Shown: positions 1-10,258, numbered from the stretch's first letter. The stretch: DNA of 64,000 bases from Desulfatiglandales bacterium (GCA_963666345.1 OY762721.1:3072001-3136000), one strand, 5' to 3'. Numbers and translations are program-made. Notes: generated by a model not told the origin, from the sequence alone.

Positions 1-1
1 T

Positions 2-805
2 TTATTTGAACTGGGCTCAAGCGGAATCGCCTCGGAAAATCTCGAGGAAAAGCGTCTTTTTGCCTACATCCCTCTTCCGGCTGATCAGGAGGATATAAGG
101 CGGCGTATTGAGTTTTTTCTGTCTGAATTATCCGTCATCTTTCCGGACATAAGCAGGCCGATCCTTGAAATCGGCAGGATCCAAGATCAGGACTGGAACA
201 GCAACTGGAAAAGGTTCTTCAAACCAAAGGAGGTTACTCCTGAGCTTTTGATCCTGCCGGCCTGGGAACAGGTGCCTGACAACTATAAAAAGAGGATAAT
301 ACGGATGGACCCGGGCCCGGCCTTCGGCACGGGCCAGCATTCAACCACAAGCATGTGCCTTCGCGCGATGGAGTTGGTCCGCAGGAAGGAGGGGTGGAAC
401 ATGCTGGATGTGGGCACGGGAAGCGGGATACTTGCGATCTACGGTGCCATGCTGGGGGCGTCCGCCGTAAAGGCCATCGACATAGACCCTGAAGCGCTCA
501 GATGGGCTGAAAGAAATATCGGGCTCAATGATGTCGCCGGGTCAATTGCGCTTTCATCGGATTCCTTATATGACATCAGGAAAAAATACTCTGTGGTCGC
601 GGCCAACCTGATACTGAGTGAAATAGAAAGGATGTTCCATTATCTTCATCGTGTGACGGCGCCGGGCGGGAGTATAATCCTCTCCGGGGTCCTGAGGGAG
701 CAGGAGGCAACAGTTGAAGGTCTGTGCGGTGATTACAACCTCGTCAAAGCACAGAACCTTTATGATCAGGAATGGGTATGCCTTATCAGGGAAAGACAAC
801 CTTGA
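2..805 (+). CDS. prmA: Ribosomal protein L11 methyltransferase (5' truncated by window)
   Basis: Frame open from base 2; DWNSNWKRFFKP, DPGPAFGTGQHSTT, LDVGTGSGILAI motifs; upstream of rsmE. Confidence 0.95.
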   Translation, partial: LFELGSSGIASENLEEKRLFAYIPLPADQEDIRRRIEFFLSELSVIFPDISRPILEIGRIQDQDWNSNWKRFFKPKEVTPELLILPAWEQVPDNYKKRIIRMDPGPAFGTGQHSTTSMCLRAMELVRRKEGWNMLDVGTGSGILAIYGAMLGASAVKAIDIDPEALRWAERNIGLNDVAGSIALSSDSLYDIRKKYSVVAANLILSEIERMFHYLHRVTAPGGSIILSGVLREQEATVEGLCGDYNLVKAQNLYDQEWVCLIRERQP

Positions 806-965
806 CGGCTTAGTAAAAAGTCCAATCCCGCGACACGCGGGATTATGCTTCATCTTTCGTCATTGCGGCGTACTATGTGTACGCCTCATTCCTCAAGACT
901 TGCAAGCCTTGCATTTGGAGCTTTTTCGTTTGCCGTCTGAATTTTGTTTTTTTACGAATTGATCA
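803..965. repeat. ~160 bp MITE-like repeat (TGA...TCA ends, 4-bp TSD ACCT)
   Basis: Highly similar inverted copy at 10105-10258; ACCT at 799-802 and 966-969. Confidence 0.8.
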
Positions 966-998
966 ACCTCCGGCTTCGTCTGAAAGTGGATAAGTGAA

Positions 999-1754
999 AT
1001 GCGGCGATTTATTGTTGAAGAAATACTGGAAAACAGGTCTCATGCAAGGATAAGATCAGCCGAGGCGAGACACATTTCACGTGTTCTCAGGATGGGACCG
1101 GGCGAAAGGATCATCCTGATCGACGGTAAAGGCCTGCGCTTTGAGGCCGTGATAGAATCCGCCTCTTCAAAAGAGGTGGCTGTCCTGCTTGAAACCCCGC
1201 TTCCCGCTCCTCCCCCATCCCCTGTTGAGATTACCCTTTGCCAGTGTCTTATCAAACCGAGACTAATGGACCTGGTGGTTCAAAAGGCATCTGAGCTGGG
1301 TGTTGACTCGATAATACCGTTTACGGCCGAACGTACGGTGGTAAGGCTTGATTCGAGGAACAAGGCTGAAAAAAAGAGGCACTGGATGGAGATAACCCGC
1401 GCTTCGGCCGCTCAAAGCGACAGGGTAAGCCCCGCGCTTATTGATGCCCCTGTGCCGTTTGAAGATATGATGGAACGGTTCGGGAGTGAAGACGGATTCA
1501 AATGCATATTATGGGAACAGGAAAGATCCGTAAACCTCAAGACCCTTCTGAAGTCTTCACCTGATAAGACCCGGTTTACAGGTGTTGTGGGGCCTGAAGG
1601 TGGGTTTACGGAAAACGAGATATGCCTTGCAAGGGAGGCCGGTTTCATCTCTGCTTCACTGGGGCGAAGGGTATTGCGTTCGGAAACCGCAGGCATCGCG
1701 CTTGTGGCCCTTATCCAGTATGAATGGGGGGACCTGGGGTTGTGCGGATTCTGA
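999..1754 (+). CDS. rsmE: 16S rRNA m3U1498 methyltransferase
   Basis: HISRVLRM, VGPEGGF, LGRRVLRSETA SPOUT motifs. Confidence 0.95.
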   Translation: MRRFIVEEILENRSHARIRSAEARHISRVLRMGPGERIILIDGKGLRFEAVIESASSKEVAVLLETPLPAPPPSPVEITLCQCLIKPRLMDLVVQKASELGVDSIIPFTAERTVVRLDSRNKAEKKRHWMEITRASAAQSDRVSPALIDAPVPFEDMMERFGSEDGFKCILWEQERSVNLKTLLKSSPDKTRFTGVVGPEGGFTENEICLAREAGFISASLGRRVLRSETAGIALVALIQYEWGDLGLCGF

Positions 1755-1780
1755 TCCGACAGTCAAAGGGGGAAAGAAGT

Positions 1781-2377
1781 TTGAGAAAGCGTAAATATGA
1801 GATAACGGATCAGGTTGAAATTGAACAGATACTGTCACGCTCAAACATAGGGCGGCTTGCGACCAGGGGAGAGGACGGGTTCCCATACATTGTTCCGGTA
1901 AATTTTGTGAACATGGAGGGCAAAATCTATTTTCACTGCGCAAAGGCCGGGGAAAAGCTCGACAACATAAGTCTCGATTCCAGGGTATGCTTTGAGGTGG
2001 ATATCCCCCTTTCCTACCTGGATGCGGGTTTTGACCGGTCAGCATCCGCCTGCAGGGTGACCCAGTTTTATCAAAGTGTCATAATCAGGGGAAACGCGGC
2101 CATTGTAAGGGATGACAATCATAAGCTTTCGGCCCTTAACGCCCTGATGAAAAAGCATGAAAAAGGCCGGGGCTTTGAACCTGTTGAAAAAGGGCATGCA
2201 GGTTTCAAGGCGTGCGAGGTGGTAATGATAACTCCCGTATCGGTGAGCGCAAAGTGCAACCTGGCGCAGGCTGAAACAGGTAAAAAGAAAGAAGAGATTT
2301 CTCAATACCTTTTTGAGCGCAACCTTGAGGGCGACAGAAACACATCCGCCCTTTTGAATGAAGACGAAGAATATTAA
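1781..2377 (+). CDS. Pyridoxamine 5'-phosphate oxidase-like / NimA-family flavin-binding protein
   Basis: GRLAT..PYIVPVNF..IYFHCA..GEKLD..VCFEV..YQSVIIRG; TTG start at 1781 inferred. Confidence 0.85.
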   Translation: MRKRKYEITDQVEIEQILSRSNIGRLATRGEDGFPYIVPVNFVNMEGKIYFHCAKAGEKLDNISLDSRVCFEVDIPLSYLDAGFDRSASACRVTQFYQSVIIRGNAAIVRDDNHKLSALNALMKKHEKGRGFEPVEKGHAGFKACEVVMITPVSVSAKCNLAQAETGKKKEEISQYLFERNLEGDRNTSALLNEDEEY

Positions 2378-2391
2378 AAAGGAGAAAAGAC

Positions 2392-3096
2392 ATGTCCGGT
2401 ACTATTAGATGGCTTGGCCACGCATTTGTCGAATTTGTGACCTCTGATGACAAGGTGATTCTCTTTGACCCCTGGACCAAGGATGACGGAAACCCCTCCT
2501 GCCCCTTGAATATAGATGAAATAAGGAGGGCCGATCTGGTTCTGATAAGCCACGACCACTTCGACCATGTCTCCTCTGCGGCAGCGATTTGTGAAAATAC
2601 GGACGCGCTTCTTGGAGGTCCGGTCCAGACCATGAGGAAAATGGCGGAGGAGGGATTCAATGAAGACCGGATTGTAAACTTCGGACACGGCTACATGGTG
2701 GGAGGAGGAGTATCCCTTGACTGGGTCAAGGTAATAGCGACTCCCGCGTTTCATTCGTCTGACACGGCGTGCGCGATCGGTACTATTGTGAAGGTATCGG
2801 ACGGAACCACGGTCTATCACGCAGGCGACACGAGCGTTTTCGGCGATATGGAGCTGTTCGCAAGACTGTATCCGATAGATGTGGCGATCCTTCCGATAGG
2901 CGGCGTGTTCACCATGGACGCGTACCAGGCGGGCGAGGCGGTCAGGATGATAAAGCCCGGGACGGCGATCCCGATCCACTACGGCTCTTTTCCGATAATA
3001 GCAAAGACGGCAGATGAGTTCATAAACCAGTGCAGGGAAAAGGCCCCGGAAGTGAACGTCGCCGTTCCTGCGGCGGGAGAGGTCCTGGAGATATAA
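2392..3096 (+). CDS. Metal-dependent hydrolase, metallo-beta-lactamase fold (UPF0173-like)
   Basis: WLGHA, SHDHFDH, YHAGDT, PIHY motifs. Confidence 0.9.
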   Translation: MSGTIRWLGHAFVEFVTSDDKVILFDPWTKDDGNPSCPLNIDEIRRADLVLISHDHFDHVSSAAAICENTDALLGGPVQTMRKMAEEGFNEDRIVNFGHGYMVGGGVSLDWVKVIATPAFHSSDTACAIGTIVKVSDGTTVYHAGDTSVFGDMELFARLYPIDVAILPIGGVFTMDAYQAGEAVRMIKPGTAIPIHYGSFPIIAKTADEFINQCREKAPEVNVAVPAAGEVLEI

Positions 3097-3151
3097 GCCA
3101 CTGCGGTTTAATCCCGATTGGATTATGCGCGGACCGAACAAGGAGATCCAT

Positions 3152-4381
3152 ATGAACAATGGCTCGATGAAAAAGGTCAAAGAGCTGATCAAAAAGGGCG
3201 TCGACATTCCAGGTGCCGATAACATCCTTTTGGGAGACGAGGTGGATGTGAAAAAGATCTCGGCAAAAGGTGTCACGATCTACCCGGGATGCCGAATATT
3301 CGGCCAGGACACGGTTATATCTGAAAATACCAGGATAGGTTATGAGGCCCCAGCAACGATTGAAAACTGCCGCCTGGGTCCCGGGGTTGAACTAAGGGGA
3401 GGTTTTTTCAAGGGTTCGGTGTTCCTGGAAAGGTCATACATGGGCTCGGGCGCCCATGTGAGGGAGGGATGTCTTGTCGAAGAACAGGCAGGAGGGGCGC
3501 ATTGCGTGGGATTAAAGCAGACCATCCTTTTCCCTTTTGTAACCCTGGGAAGCCTGGTAAATTTCTGCGACTGTCTCATGGCAGGTGGAACAAGCAGAAA
3601 AGACCACAGCGAGGTAGGAAGCTCGTTCATACATTTCAATTTTACCCCTGACGGAGACAAGGCAACCCCTTCCCTGATCGGCGATGTCCCGGGGGGGGTG
3701 ATGCTGAACCGGCCTCCGATCTTTCTCGGAGGGCAGGGGGGGCTGGTAGGACCGGCGAGGATCGGGTTCGGAAACGTCGTGGCTGCGGGCAGCATGCTTC
3801 GAAAGGATTTTCTTGAGGAAAACAGGCTCATAGTCACAAAACCTCACAGGGGAATCGTAACCGAGTTTTCGCCGGGGCAGTACCAGGGACTGGCGAGGAT
3901 TGTTAAAAACAACATCATCTATCTTGCAAATCTTGTTGCGCTTGAAAAATGGTATATGAACATCAGAAAACCGTTTTTCACCGCTCAGGAACTGGGGGGC
4001 CTCATGTTTGAAGGCGCACTGAAAACCCTTGTAACGGCAAAAAAGGAGAGGTCAAATAGGCTCTCGGCCATGGTGAAAATGATCCCCATTCCTGAAAAAA
4101 AGACCGGCAGGGCGGAGACGCTTTTCAGGGACCTTCATCATAATATCAAAGACATTTGCGAGGTTTTTACAGAGTATTCGCCGGACGGGCTGATCCTGGA
4201 ACTTCAGGATGAATTTTGCGGGGCCTTTGAAAGACAAATGGAAAAAGGCCCCTCCAATTACATCGACGCGGTACAAAGTCTTTCCGCAGGGCAGGTGAAA
4301 GCGGGCGTTGAATGGCTCAACCGGATCGTAAGCGATTTATGTATGAAAACCGGCAGGTATGTCCCATCCGTAAGATTCTGA
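3152..4381 (+). CDS. GlmU-related left-handed beta-helix (hexapeptide repeat) protein
   Basis: Hexapeptide-like repeats resembling the GlmU acetyltransferase half; AAGGAG RBS before 3152; precedes glmM. Confidence 0.6.
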   Translation: MNNGSMKKVKELIKKGVDIPGADNILLGDEVDVKKISAKGVTIYPGCRIFGQDTVISENTRIGYEAPATIENCRLGPGVELRGGFFKGSVFLERSYMGSGAHVREGCLVEEQAGGAHCVGLKQTILFPFVTLGSLVNFCDCLMAGGTSRKDHSEVGSSFIHFNFTPDGDKATPSLIGDVPGGVMLNRPPIFLGGQGGLVGPARIGFGNVVAAGSMLRKDFLEENRLIVTKPHRGIVTEFSPGQYQGLARIVKNNIIYLANLVALEKWYMNIRKPFFTAQELGGLMFEGALKTLVTAKKERSNRLSAMVKMIPIPEKKTGRAETLFRDLHHNIKDICEVFTEYSPDGLILELQDEFCGAFERQMEKGPSNYIDAVQSLSAGQVKAGVEWLNRIVSDLCMKTGRYVPSVRF

Positions 4382-4452
4382 ATCCGATTGAAGTCGCGGC
4401 TGTGCATGTTCCTTTAAAAAAAGAAATCAGATATTTTTGAGATATCATTTGT

Positions 4453-4765
4453 GGACCATCTCCAAAAGTGTTGATCTAAATGAAGGATTCGAGGGGTCAA
4501 GGGTTCGAGGTATGAGAGGAAAACGACTTTAGGGTGTGTGAGATTTCTCTATATTGCATATGGTTCAGTCTGTGAATTGGAAACCCAGGCCATGATATCA
4601 GGTGACTTGGGTTATAAAAAAACAAAGGCTTCAGGAATTAAGAGGGAAATCGGGGATGTCGAGACAATGCTCAAAGCGATGATCAAATCCCTGGAAAGAA
4701 AACCCTTGAATCCTTGAATCCTGGAACCCTTGGACCCTTTCTCCCAACTAATTGGGAGAAGAACC
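4453..4765 (+). mobile_element. ISL3-like non-autonomous element with deleted four-helix-bundle gene remnant
   Basis: Ends GGACCATCTCC...GGGAGAAGAACC; 8-bp TSD TCATTTGT/TGATTTGT; internal sequence matches the 3' half of the 17112-17474 gene. Confidence 0.8.
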
Positions 4766-4803
4766 TGATTTGTAAACTCCGGTCCAGGCAAGGAGATCGT
4801 TTA

Positions 4804-6150
4804 ATGGGTAAACTCTTCGGCACCGATGGAATAAGGGGGAAGGCCAATAAATCACCCATGGACGGGCCCACGGCCTTTAAGGTGGGCGCCGCGCTTACGC
4901 GGATACTGAAAAGGAAAAACCGGAGACCCGTAATAGTTGTATCAAAAGATACAAGGATCTCAGGGGACATGCTGGAAGGGGCGCTTGTATCCGGCATCAC
5001 TTCCATGGGTGGGGATGTCTGCCTGACCGGCATTTTCCCTACACCGGGGGTCGCTTTTGCCGCAAGGGACATGAACGCGGACGCCGGTGTCATGATTTCG
5101 GCATCCCACAATCCCTTCCATGATAACGGCATAAAAATTTTTTCCGGAAAGGGTTTCAAGCTTTCAGACGAGGAAGAAAAAGAGATGGAAGAGGGCATCC
5201 TCAACAGCTCGTTCTCAGACAGCCTTCCGGAGCCTGAGGAAATCGGGACGCTTGTGGCCGTTGAAAATTCAGGGCAAAGATACATAGAGTTTGTAAAGAG
5301 GGGCTTTCCCATGCTTTCCCTCAAAGGAGTGAGGATAGTCCTTGATACGGCAAACGGGGCCACCTTCAGGACGGCGCCTGAGGCGTTCAGGCAATTGGGG
5401 GCGCAGGTCAAGGTCATCAACGATGAACCGGACGGGCTCAATATAAACGAGAGATGCGGTTCACAGCATACCGAAGGGCTCGGAAGGGAAGTGGTGAAGG
5501 ACGGGGCCTTTATGGGGCTTGCCTTTGACGGAGACGGAGATCGTCTCATAGCGGTCGATGAAAAAGGAGACGAGATATCGGGTGATCAGTGCATGTTCAT
5601 ATGCGCCATGAATCTGAAGACGCAGGGGCTTTTGAAAAACGATGTCCTGGTAGGCACGGTAATGAGTAACCTGGGTTTGAGGCTTGCTTGCAGGGAAAAG
5701 GGGATAAAATTTCATGCCTCAAAGGTTGGGGACCGATATGTAATGGAGGACATGAAAAGTCTTGGGGCCGTACTGGGTGGAGAACAGTCGGGGCACATGA
5801 TATTCCTTGATCACCACACCACGGGAGACGGGATTATCTCGGCGCTTCAGCTTGCCTCGGCCGTGATCTCTCAGGGAAGCCCGCTGAGCAGGCTCAAGAA
5901 TATGATCCATATCTATCCCCAGAAACTGATCAATGTCGAGGTAAAGAGCAGACCGGATATCTTGAAAATACCTGAGATCGCCGCGGTAATAAGTGAAGTG
6001 GAAAAGACCCTGGGGGACCACGGCAGGGTGCTTGTCAGGCATTCGGGGACCCAGGATATGTGCCGCGTTATGGTGGAGGGCCCGGATGTGGAGATAACCG
6101 GAATACACTGCTCAAAGATAGCTGAAAAGATCAGATCGGTTTTAGGGTAG
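4804..6150 (+). CDS. glmM: Phosphoglucosamine mutase
   Basis: KLFGTDGIRG, ISASHNP, AFDGDGDR, GGEQSGH. Confidence 0.95.
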   Translation: MGKLFGTDGIRGKANKSPMDGPTAFKVGAALTRILKRKNRRPVIVVSKDTRISGDMLEGALVSGITSMGGDVCLTGIFPTPGVAFAARDMNADAGVMISASHNPFHDNGIKIFSGKGFKLSDEEEKEMEEGILNSSFSDSLPEPEEIGTLVAVENSGQRYIEFVKRGFPMLSLKGVRIVLDTANGATFRTAPEAFRQLGAQVKVINDEPDGLNINERCGSQHTEGLGREVVKDGAFMGLAFDGDGDRLIAVDEKGDEISGDQCMFICAMNLKTQGLLKNDVLVGTVMSNLGLRLACREKGIKFHASKVGDRYVMEDMKSLGAVLGGEQSGHMIFLDHHTTGDGIISALQLASAVISQGSPLSRLKNMIHIYPQKLINVEVKSRPDILKIPEIAAVISEVEKTLGDHGRVLVRHSGTQDMCRVMVEGPDVEITGIHCSKIAEKIRSVLG

Positions 6151-6226
6151 AGGGGGGCTCACAAGTCCAAACCTTAGAGCGGAAAATATTTGCCGGTCGG
6201 CTCAGACGAAGATGAGGCGGTACCTG

Positions 6227-6700
6227 TTATAGAAGAAAACCGTCCCAGTCTATTTTTTTGAATGTGTTGTGGAGGAAGTGGTCGTCTTCTACCACCTCAA
6301 AGGTGAGATTCTTGAATATCAAGGGGGCCGCTTCCCGTACCTTTTCAAGGGGTATGACGTCATCGTGGCTGCCGTGAAAAATCCAGGCAGGTACTGATAT
6401 CGTCCTGTTTTTCTCAGGTATGTGCTCCATCAGGTTAAGGGCCGGGGCAAGCAGCACCATCCTGGAAATTTTATCCTCATTTTCCATCGCGAACAGGGTC
6501 GCCATGAGTCCGCCGAAACTTGAACCCACAAGCGTTATCTCGGATGCATCCGAAAGAATAGAATTGAGTTTATCCATCCTCTCAGGAAGATTGCCGGTAA
6601 ATGTGGGAACTATGATATCGGCATACCTTTCGTTGAAGTATACCGACTTTGTTCCCTTATTGCTGCTTTCAAGACCGTGAATGAATATCTTTACCGGCAT
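6227..6700 (-). CDS. Alpha/beta hydrolase (YqiA/YcfP-like esterase)
   Basis: FIHGLES, GSSFGG nucleophile elbow, HGSHDDV, DH. Confidence 0.85.
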   Translation of the reverse strand: MPVKIFIHGLESSNKGTKSVYFNERYADIIVPTFTGNLPERMDKLNSILSDASEITLVGSSFGGLMATLFAMENEDKISRMVLLAPALNLMEHIPEKNRTISVPAWIFHGSHDDVIPLEKVREAAPLIFKNLTFEVVEDDHFLHNTFKKIDWDGFLL

Positions 6701-6717
6701 TTGACCCCCAAAAGATT

Positions 6718-7185
6718 CTAGCTGATTTCTATGATTTCATAACTCAAGACCCCTGCAGGCGTTTTTGCCGTGAACTCATCACCCTCTTCTTTTCCCAGCA
6801 TTGCCCTGCCCAGGGGGGAAGTCACGGATATCTTACCCTTTTCCGGATCAGACTCATAGGGGCCTACCAGCCTGTAGGAAACCTCTTTATCGGTCTGCAG
6901 GTTCAGGAGAACTATCTTACGGCCGAAGAACGCACCGCCCCCGGTTGATCCGTCAGGCTCGATTACCTCCGCCCTGCCTATTACGGATTGAAGCTCGTTC
7001 ATCCTTCCCTCTATAAAACCCTGTCTTTCCTTTGCCGCATGGTATTCCGCGTTTTCACTGAGATCCCCGTGCGCCCTTGCTTCTTCTATCGCCTTGATGT
7101 TATTGGGCCTTTCAACCTTTACAAGGTCTTTAAGCTCCTGCTTCAGCTTTTCAAGACCCTCCCTTGTAAAAGGAACCTTTTCCAT
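6718..7185 (-). CDS. greA: Transcription elongation factor GreA
   Basis: ARAHGDLSENAEYHAAKE, ISVTSPLGRA; start trimmed to MEKVPFT. Confidence 0.95.
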   Translation of the reverse strand: MEKVPFTREGLEKLKQELKDLVKVERPNNIKAIEEARAHGDLSENAEYHAAKERQGFIEGRMNELQSVIGRAEVIEPDGSTGGGAFFGRKIVLLNLQTDKEVSYRLVGPYESDPEKGKISVTSPLGRAMLGKEEGDEFTAKTPAGVLSYEIIEIS

Positions 7186-7221
7186 CTGAGTGCCACTCCC
7201 TGCTTGATTGTCTAAATGAGT

Positions 7222-7267
7222 AAAAAAAACCACGGGCGAGGCTAATTTCAAAAAAGCGTCCCCGTGG
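7222..7267 (-). terminator. Intrinsic terminator-like hairpin in greA leader
   Basis: CCACGGG...CCCGTGG stem followed by T8 on minus strand, ~37 nt before greA start. Confidence 0.6.
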
Positions 7268-7453
7268 CGGTGAATCATATTCCAGACTGATTTATTATAT
7301 TTAGCCTTATGATATTATTGTTATCTTGTCAAGTGCCTTTTGGCGCTATTGCATGAAGATTATTGAATTCTGTTTCCCCGGTCCTCAAAATTTTCCTGTC
7401 GTGTGTTTATACTGAAGTCAAATTAAGGTCACTGATTGGTTTCCGCATATAAT

Positions 7454-8248
7454 CTATCTTATCTCGATGAGATGCTGTCGAATCTGCCGATATGTCTCAG
7501 ATGCCGATACAAGCAGATGCCCGTCTATCTTGTCGCCGTTGAGATATTCATTCAGCGAGATCCCGGTTCCATCCATCTTGCGCATTTTGAGACCGGCTGC
7601 CTCGATAATCAATCCCGCGGCTGCCAGGCCCTTATATGATTCATTGGCAATTATCGCGCCTTCCGCCCTGCCGGTGGCCGCGTAGCACAGATGCGCCCCG
7701 GTGCATCCCAGGTCACGGATCTTGCCGGGGAAGGAACAGCGGTAGTGCTGATGAAATCTGGAATAGGTAAAAAGCAGGCTTTCATTATTAATATCGTTAA
7801 AAGCGGACTGATCTATTTCAACGTCTCCCCAGTGGGCCTTTTTGCCGGCCTGTGCATGAAAAAGATCTCCGGTGGCGGGCATGAAAAACAGACCGTAGAC
7901 AGGCCAGAAGTTTTCCAGCACCGCAATGGACATCCCCCAGATCGGGATACCCGCCTGGAAATTGGCCACCCCGTCAAGGGCATCGAAAACCCAGAGGTAG
8001 CGGTTTTCTTCATGCGAATATTCTCTTTCATCCTGATTGTTCATAAACATCTGATGCTCAGGGAATCTTTCATGCAATCCGGATTCAAAGCGGTCGTTAA
8101 GAAGAAGCTCCGCCTCGGTTACCAGATTTTCATCAAACTTTTTGCCCTTGTCGCCCTTGCCGTACAAGGAAAGGGCTGAATCACCCGCGCCTTTTATAAA
8201 GTCTACTGCAAAACGGGACAGCTCAACAATCGTGTGATCCTTTTCCAT
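7454..8248 (-). CDS. Inositol monophosphatase family protein
   Basis: LVTEAE, WVFDALDGVANF, RDLGC, AAAGLIIEAAG; some catalytic motifs divergent. Confidence 0.8.
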   Translation of the reverse strand: MEKDHTIVELSRFAVDFIKGAGDSALSLYGKGDKGKKFDENLVTEAELLLNDRFESGLHERFPEHQMFMNNQDEREYSHEENRYLWVFDALDGVANFQAGIPIWGMSIAVLENFWPVYGLFFMPATGDLFHAQAGKKAHWGDVEIDQSAFNDINNESLLFTYSRFHQHYRCSFPGKIRDLGCTGAHLCYAATGRAEGAIIANESYKGLAAAGLIIEAAGLKMRKMDGTGISLNEYLNGDKIDGHLLVSASETYRQIRQHLIEIR

Positions 8249-8295
8249 TATGCCTCCTTTTCGGGTTATCTGTTTTCCCTGGTTGTACGCAGTCT

Positions 8296-9438
8296 TTATC
8301 CCAGGATGGATCTTGATATAATTGTCTTTTCCATCTCCTTTGTGCCTTCGTAGATCTCAAGTATCTTGGCGTCGCGGTAGAGGCGCTGAACCTTGTACTC
8401 ATCTATATACCCATAGCCTCCATGAAGTTGCAATGCCTCATTGGCACAGCCGACCGCCATTTCAGCGGAAAACCATTTGGCCATCGCGATGAGTGCGGGG
8501 TCTACTTTGCCGCTGTCAACCTTCCAGGCGGCCTCATAGTAAAGGTTTTTCGCAGCCCTTATCCTGGTGGCCATCTCCGCTATCTTGAACTGAGTGACCT
8601 GGTAGGATGAAAGAGGAGACCCGAACTGACATCTGGACTTGACATGACGAACGGATTCTTCAAGGGCCGCCCTTGCAAGTCCGACCGCCTGAGCGCAGAT
8701 ATGAAGGCGCGTCCTGTTGAAAAAGGACATCAACCGGCTGAATCCCTCTCCCTCCCCGCCTATGAGCCTGTCCGGGCCGATACGCAAATCCTTAAATGCC
8801 AGCTCCGCCGTGTCCGAGGCCCTTATCCCCATCTTGCCTCTTATCTTGGTGGATTCATACCCCGGATTGTCGGAGTTAATGAGAAAAAAGCTGTGCATCT
8901 TGTGCCGGTTTTTGCCGTCCGGATCCGTGAGGCAGAAAACAATGATGTAATCGGCCAGATTGCCGTTGGTTGTAAACATCTTGGATCCGTTCAGTATCCA
9001 GCCGTCCCCATCCCTTTGAGCCGCAGTTACGGCCCCGGTTACGTCGCATCCGGCATCAGGCTCCGTGATTGCCGTTGCGATGACAGCCTCTCCCGATACA
9101 AGTCCCGGCAGTACCATCATCTTCTGCTCTTCACTGCCGAAAAGAAGGAGGAGTTCAGCCCCGAACGTGGTAGAGAGAATCGCCTGACCGATTCCCGGTT
9201 CAACCGCCCAGAATTCCTCGGTGATGAGGCAGTGTTCAAGGAATCCGTATCCGGCACCCCCGTATTCCTCATCTATGAATACACCGACAAAGCCCAGCTT
9301 ACAGGCCTCCTTCCAGAGCTCAAGGTCGAATGTTTCTTCTCTGTCGAACTCAAGTGCCCTGTCCGGGAATTCACCAAGGGCGAATTCCTTGGCAGCCCTT
9401 ACGATATCCTTCTGTTCTTTTGATAGGGTAAAGTCCAT
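8296..9438 (-). CDS. Acyl-CoA dehydrogenase
   Basis: AITEPDAGCD, LNGSKMF, GKMGIRASDT, LHGGYGY, IYEGT. Confidence 0.95.
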   Translation of the reverse strand: MDFTLSKEQKDIVRAAKEFALGEFPDRALEFDREETFDLELWKEACKLGFVGVFIDEEYGGAGYGFLEHCLITEEFWAVEPGIGQAILSTTFGAELLLLFGSEEQKMMVLPGLVSGEAVIATAITEPDAGCDVTGAVTAAQRDGDGWILNGSKMFTTNGNLADYIIVFCLTDPDGKNRHKMHSFFLINSDNPGYESTKIRGKMGIRASDTAELAFKDLRIGPDRLIGGEGEGFSRLMSFFNRTRLHICAQAVGLARAALEESVRHVKSRCQFGSPLSSYQVTQFKIAEMATRIRAAKNLYYEAAWKVDSGKVDPALIAMAKWFSAEMAVGCANEALQLHGGYGYIDEYKVQRLYRDAKILEIYEGTKEMEKTIISRSILG

Positions 9439-9449
9439 TTTTCTCCGGA

Positions 9450-9851
9450 TTACGGGTTAATCTCTCCTGCTCCCCTTAGTGTCCCGCTGACAAGGGAAGC
9501 AGCCATGCCGCCACAGCTGAGAATGAAAAAGATGATCAAAGCGGATTTCATGCCTTTCAAGAAAAAATGGTGGTTTTGAGAGGTTATTTCAACTCTCCCA
9601 ACATACAGGGCGAATATGAGTGCAGCAACCCCCATGCTTGTCATCATTCCAACAAGACGCATGGTCCCCCCGCCTGACGCAATGACGTAGGACCCGGTTT
9701 CCACGGAACTCATGATTGCGTTAGTCTTGAATGTATCCCGGATTGCAGGAATGGCGATATTTATGGAAGAACCCATGAAGGGAGTCAGAAAGGATGTAAG
9801 TGTTGCTGTAACAAGTGCTGAATTTTTTTTAGAATTTTTGTCCGTTTTCAT
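9450..9851 (-). pseudogene. Internally deleted MFS (DHA2/EmrB-like) transporter
   Basis: N-terminal TM1 (SFLTPFMGSSINIAIP) fused at NAI to C-terminal MSSV..GTMRLVG; only 133 aa. Confidence 0.75.
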
Positions 9852-10104
9852 TTAACCTGTAAAAAAAAGAGAAAGAAAAACATGACAAATTATTATTGCC
9901 GGTCCGGGATAAATTATAGTTTCCGTATCGTCTGCAACTGAGTGGCCGTGCGTCTTCTTCAAAGAGATTGGAGAAGTATCAGATCTTCTCATTTATTGGA
10001 ATGCCTGTCAAAGTGAATATGGACCCTGATACACCATCAAGAGTTGATACGGCAATCCGCTCATTGCTCCCCGGTGCCCGCATGTCAAAATCCTGAGTCA
10101 TGTT

Positions 10105-10258
10105 TGATGACATCGTAACAAGTCAAAATTCAGACGGCAAAGTAAAAAGTTCCAAATGCAAGGCTTGCAAATCTTGAGGAATGAGGCGTACATATAGTAC
10201 GCCGCAATGAAGAAAGATGAAGCATAACGCAGCAGTTGGACTTTTTACGAAGCCGTCA
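10105..10258. repeat. Second copy (inverted) of the 803-965 MITE, 4-bp TSD TGTT
   Basis: Reverse complement matches 803-965; TGTT at 10101-10104 and 10259-10262. Confidence 0.8.

Noticed and set aside
2374..3276. Long antisense ORFs (also 4683-5549, 8644-9423, 17634-18476, 56835-57653, 62449-63129)
   Set aside because: Shadow frames opposite well-supported genes.
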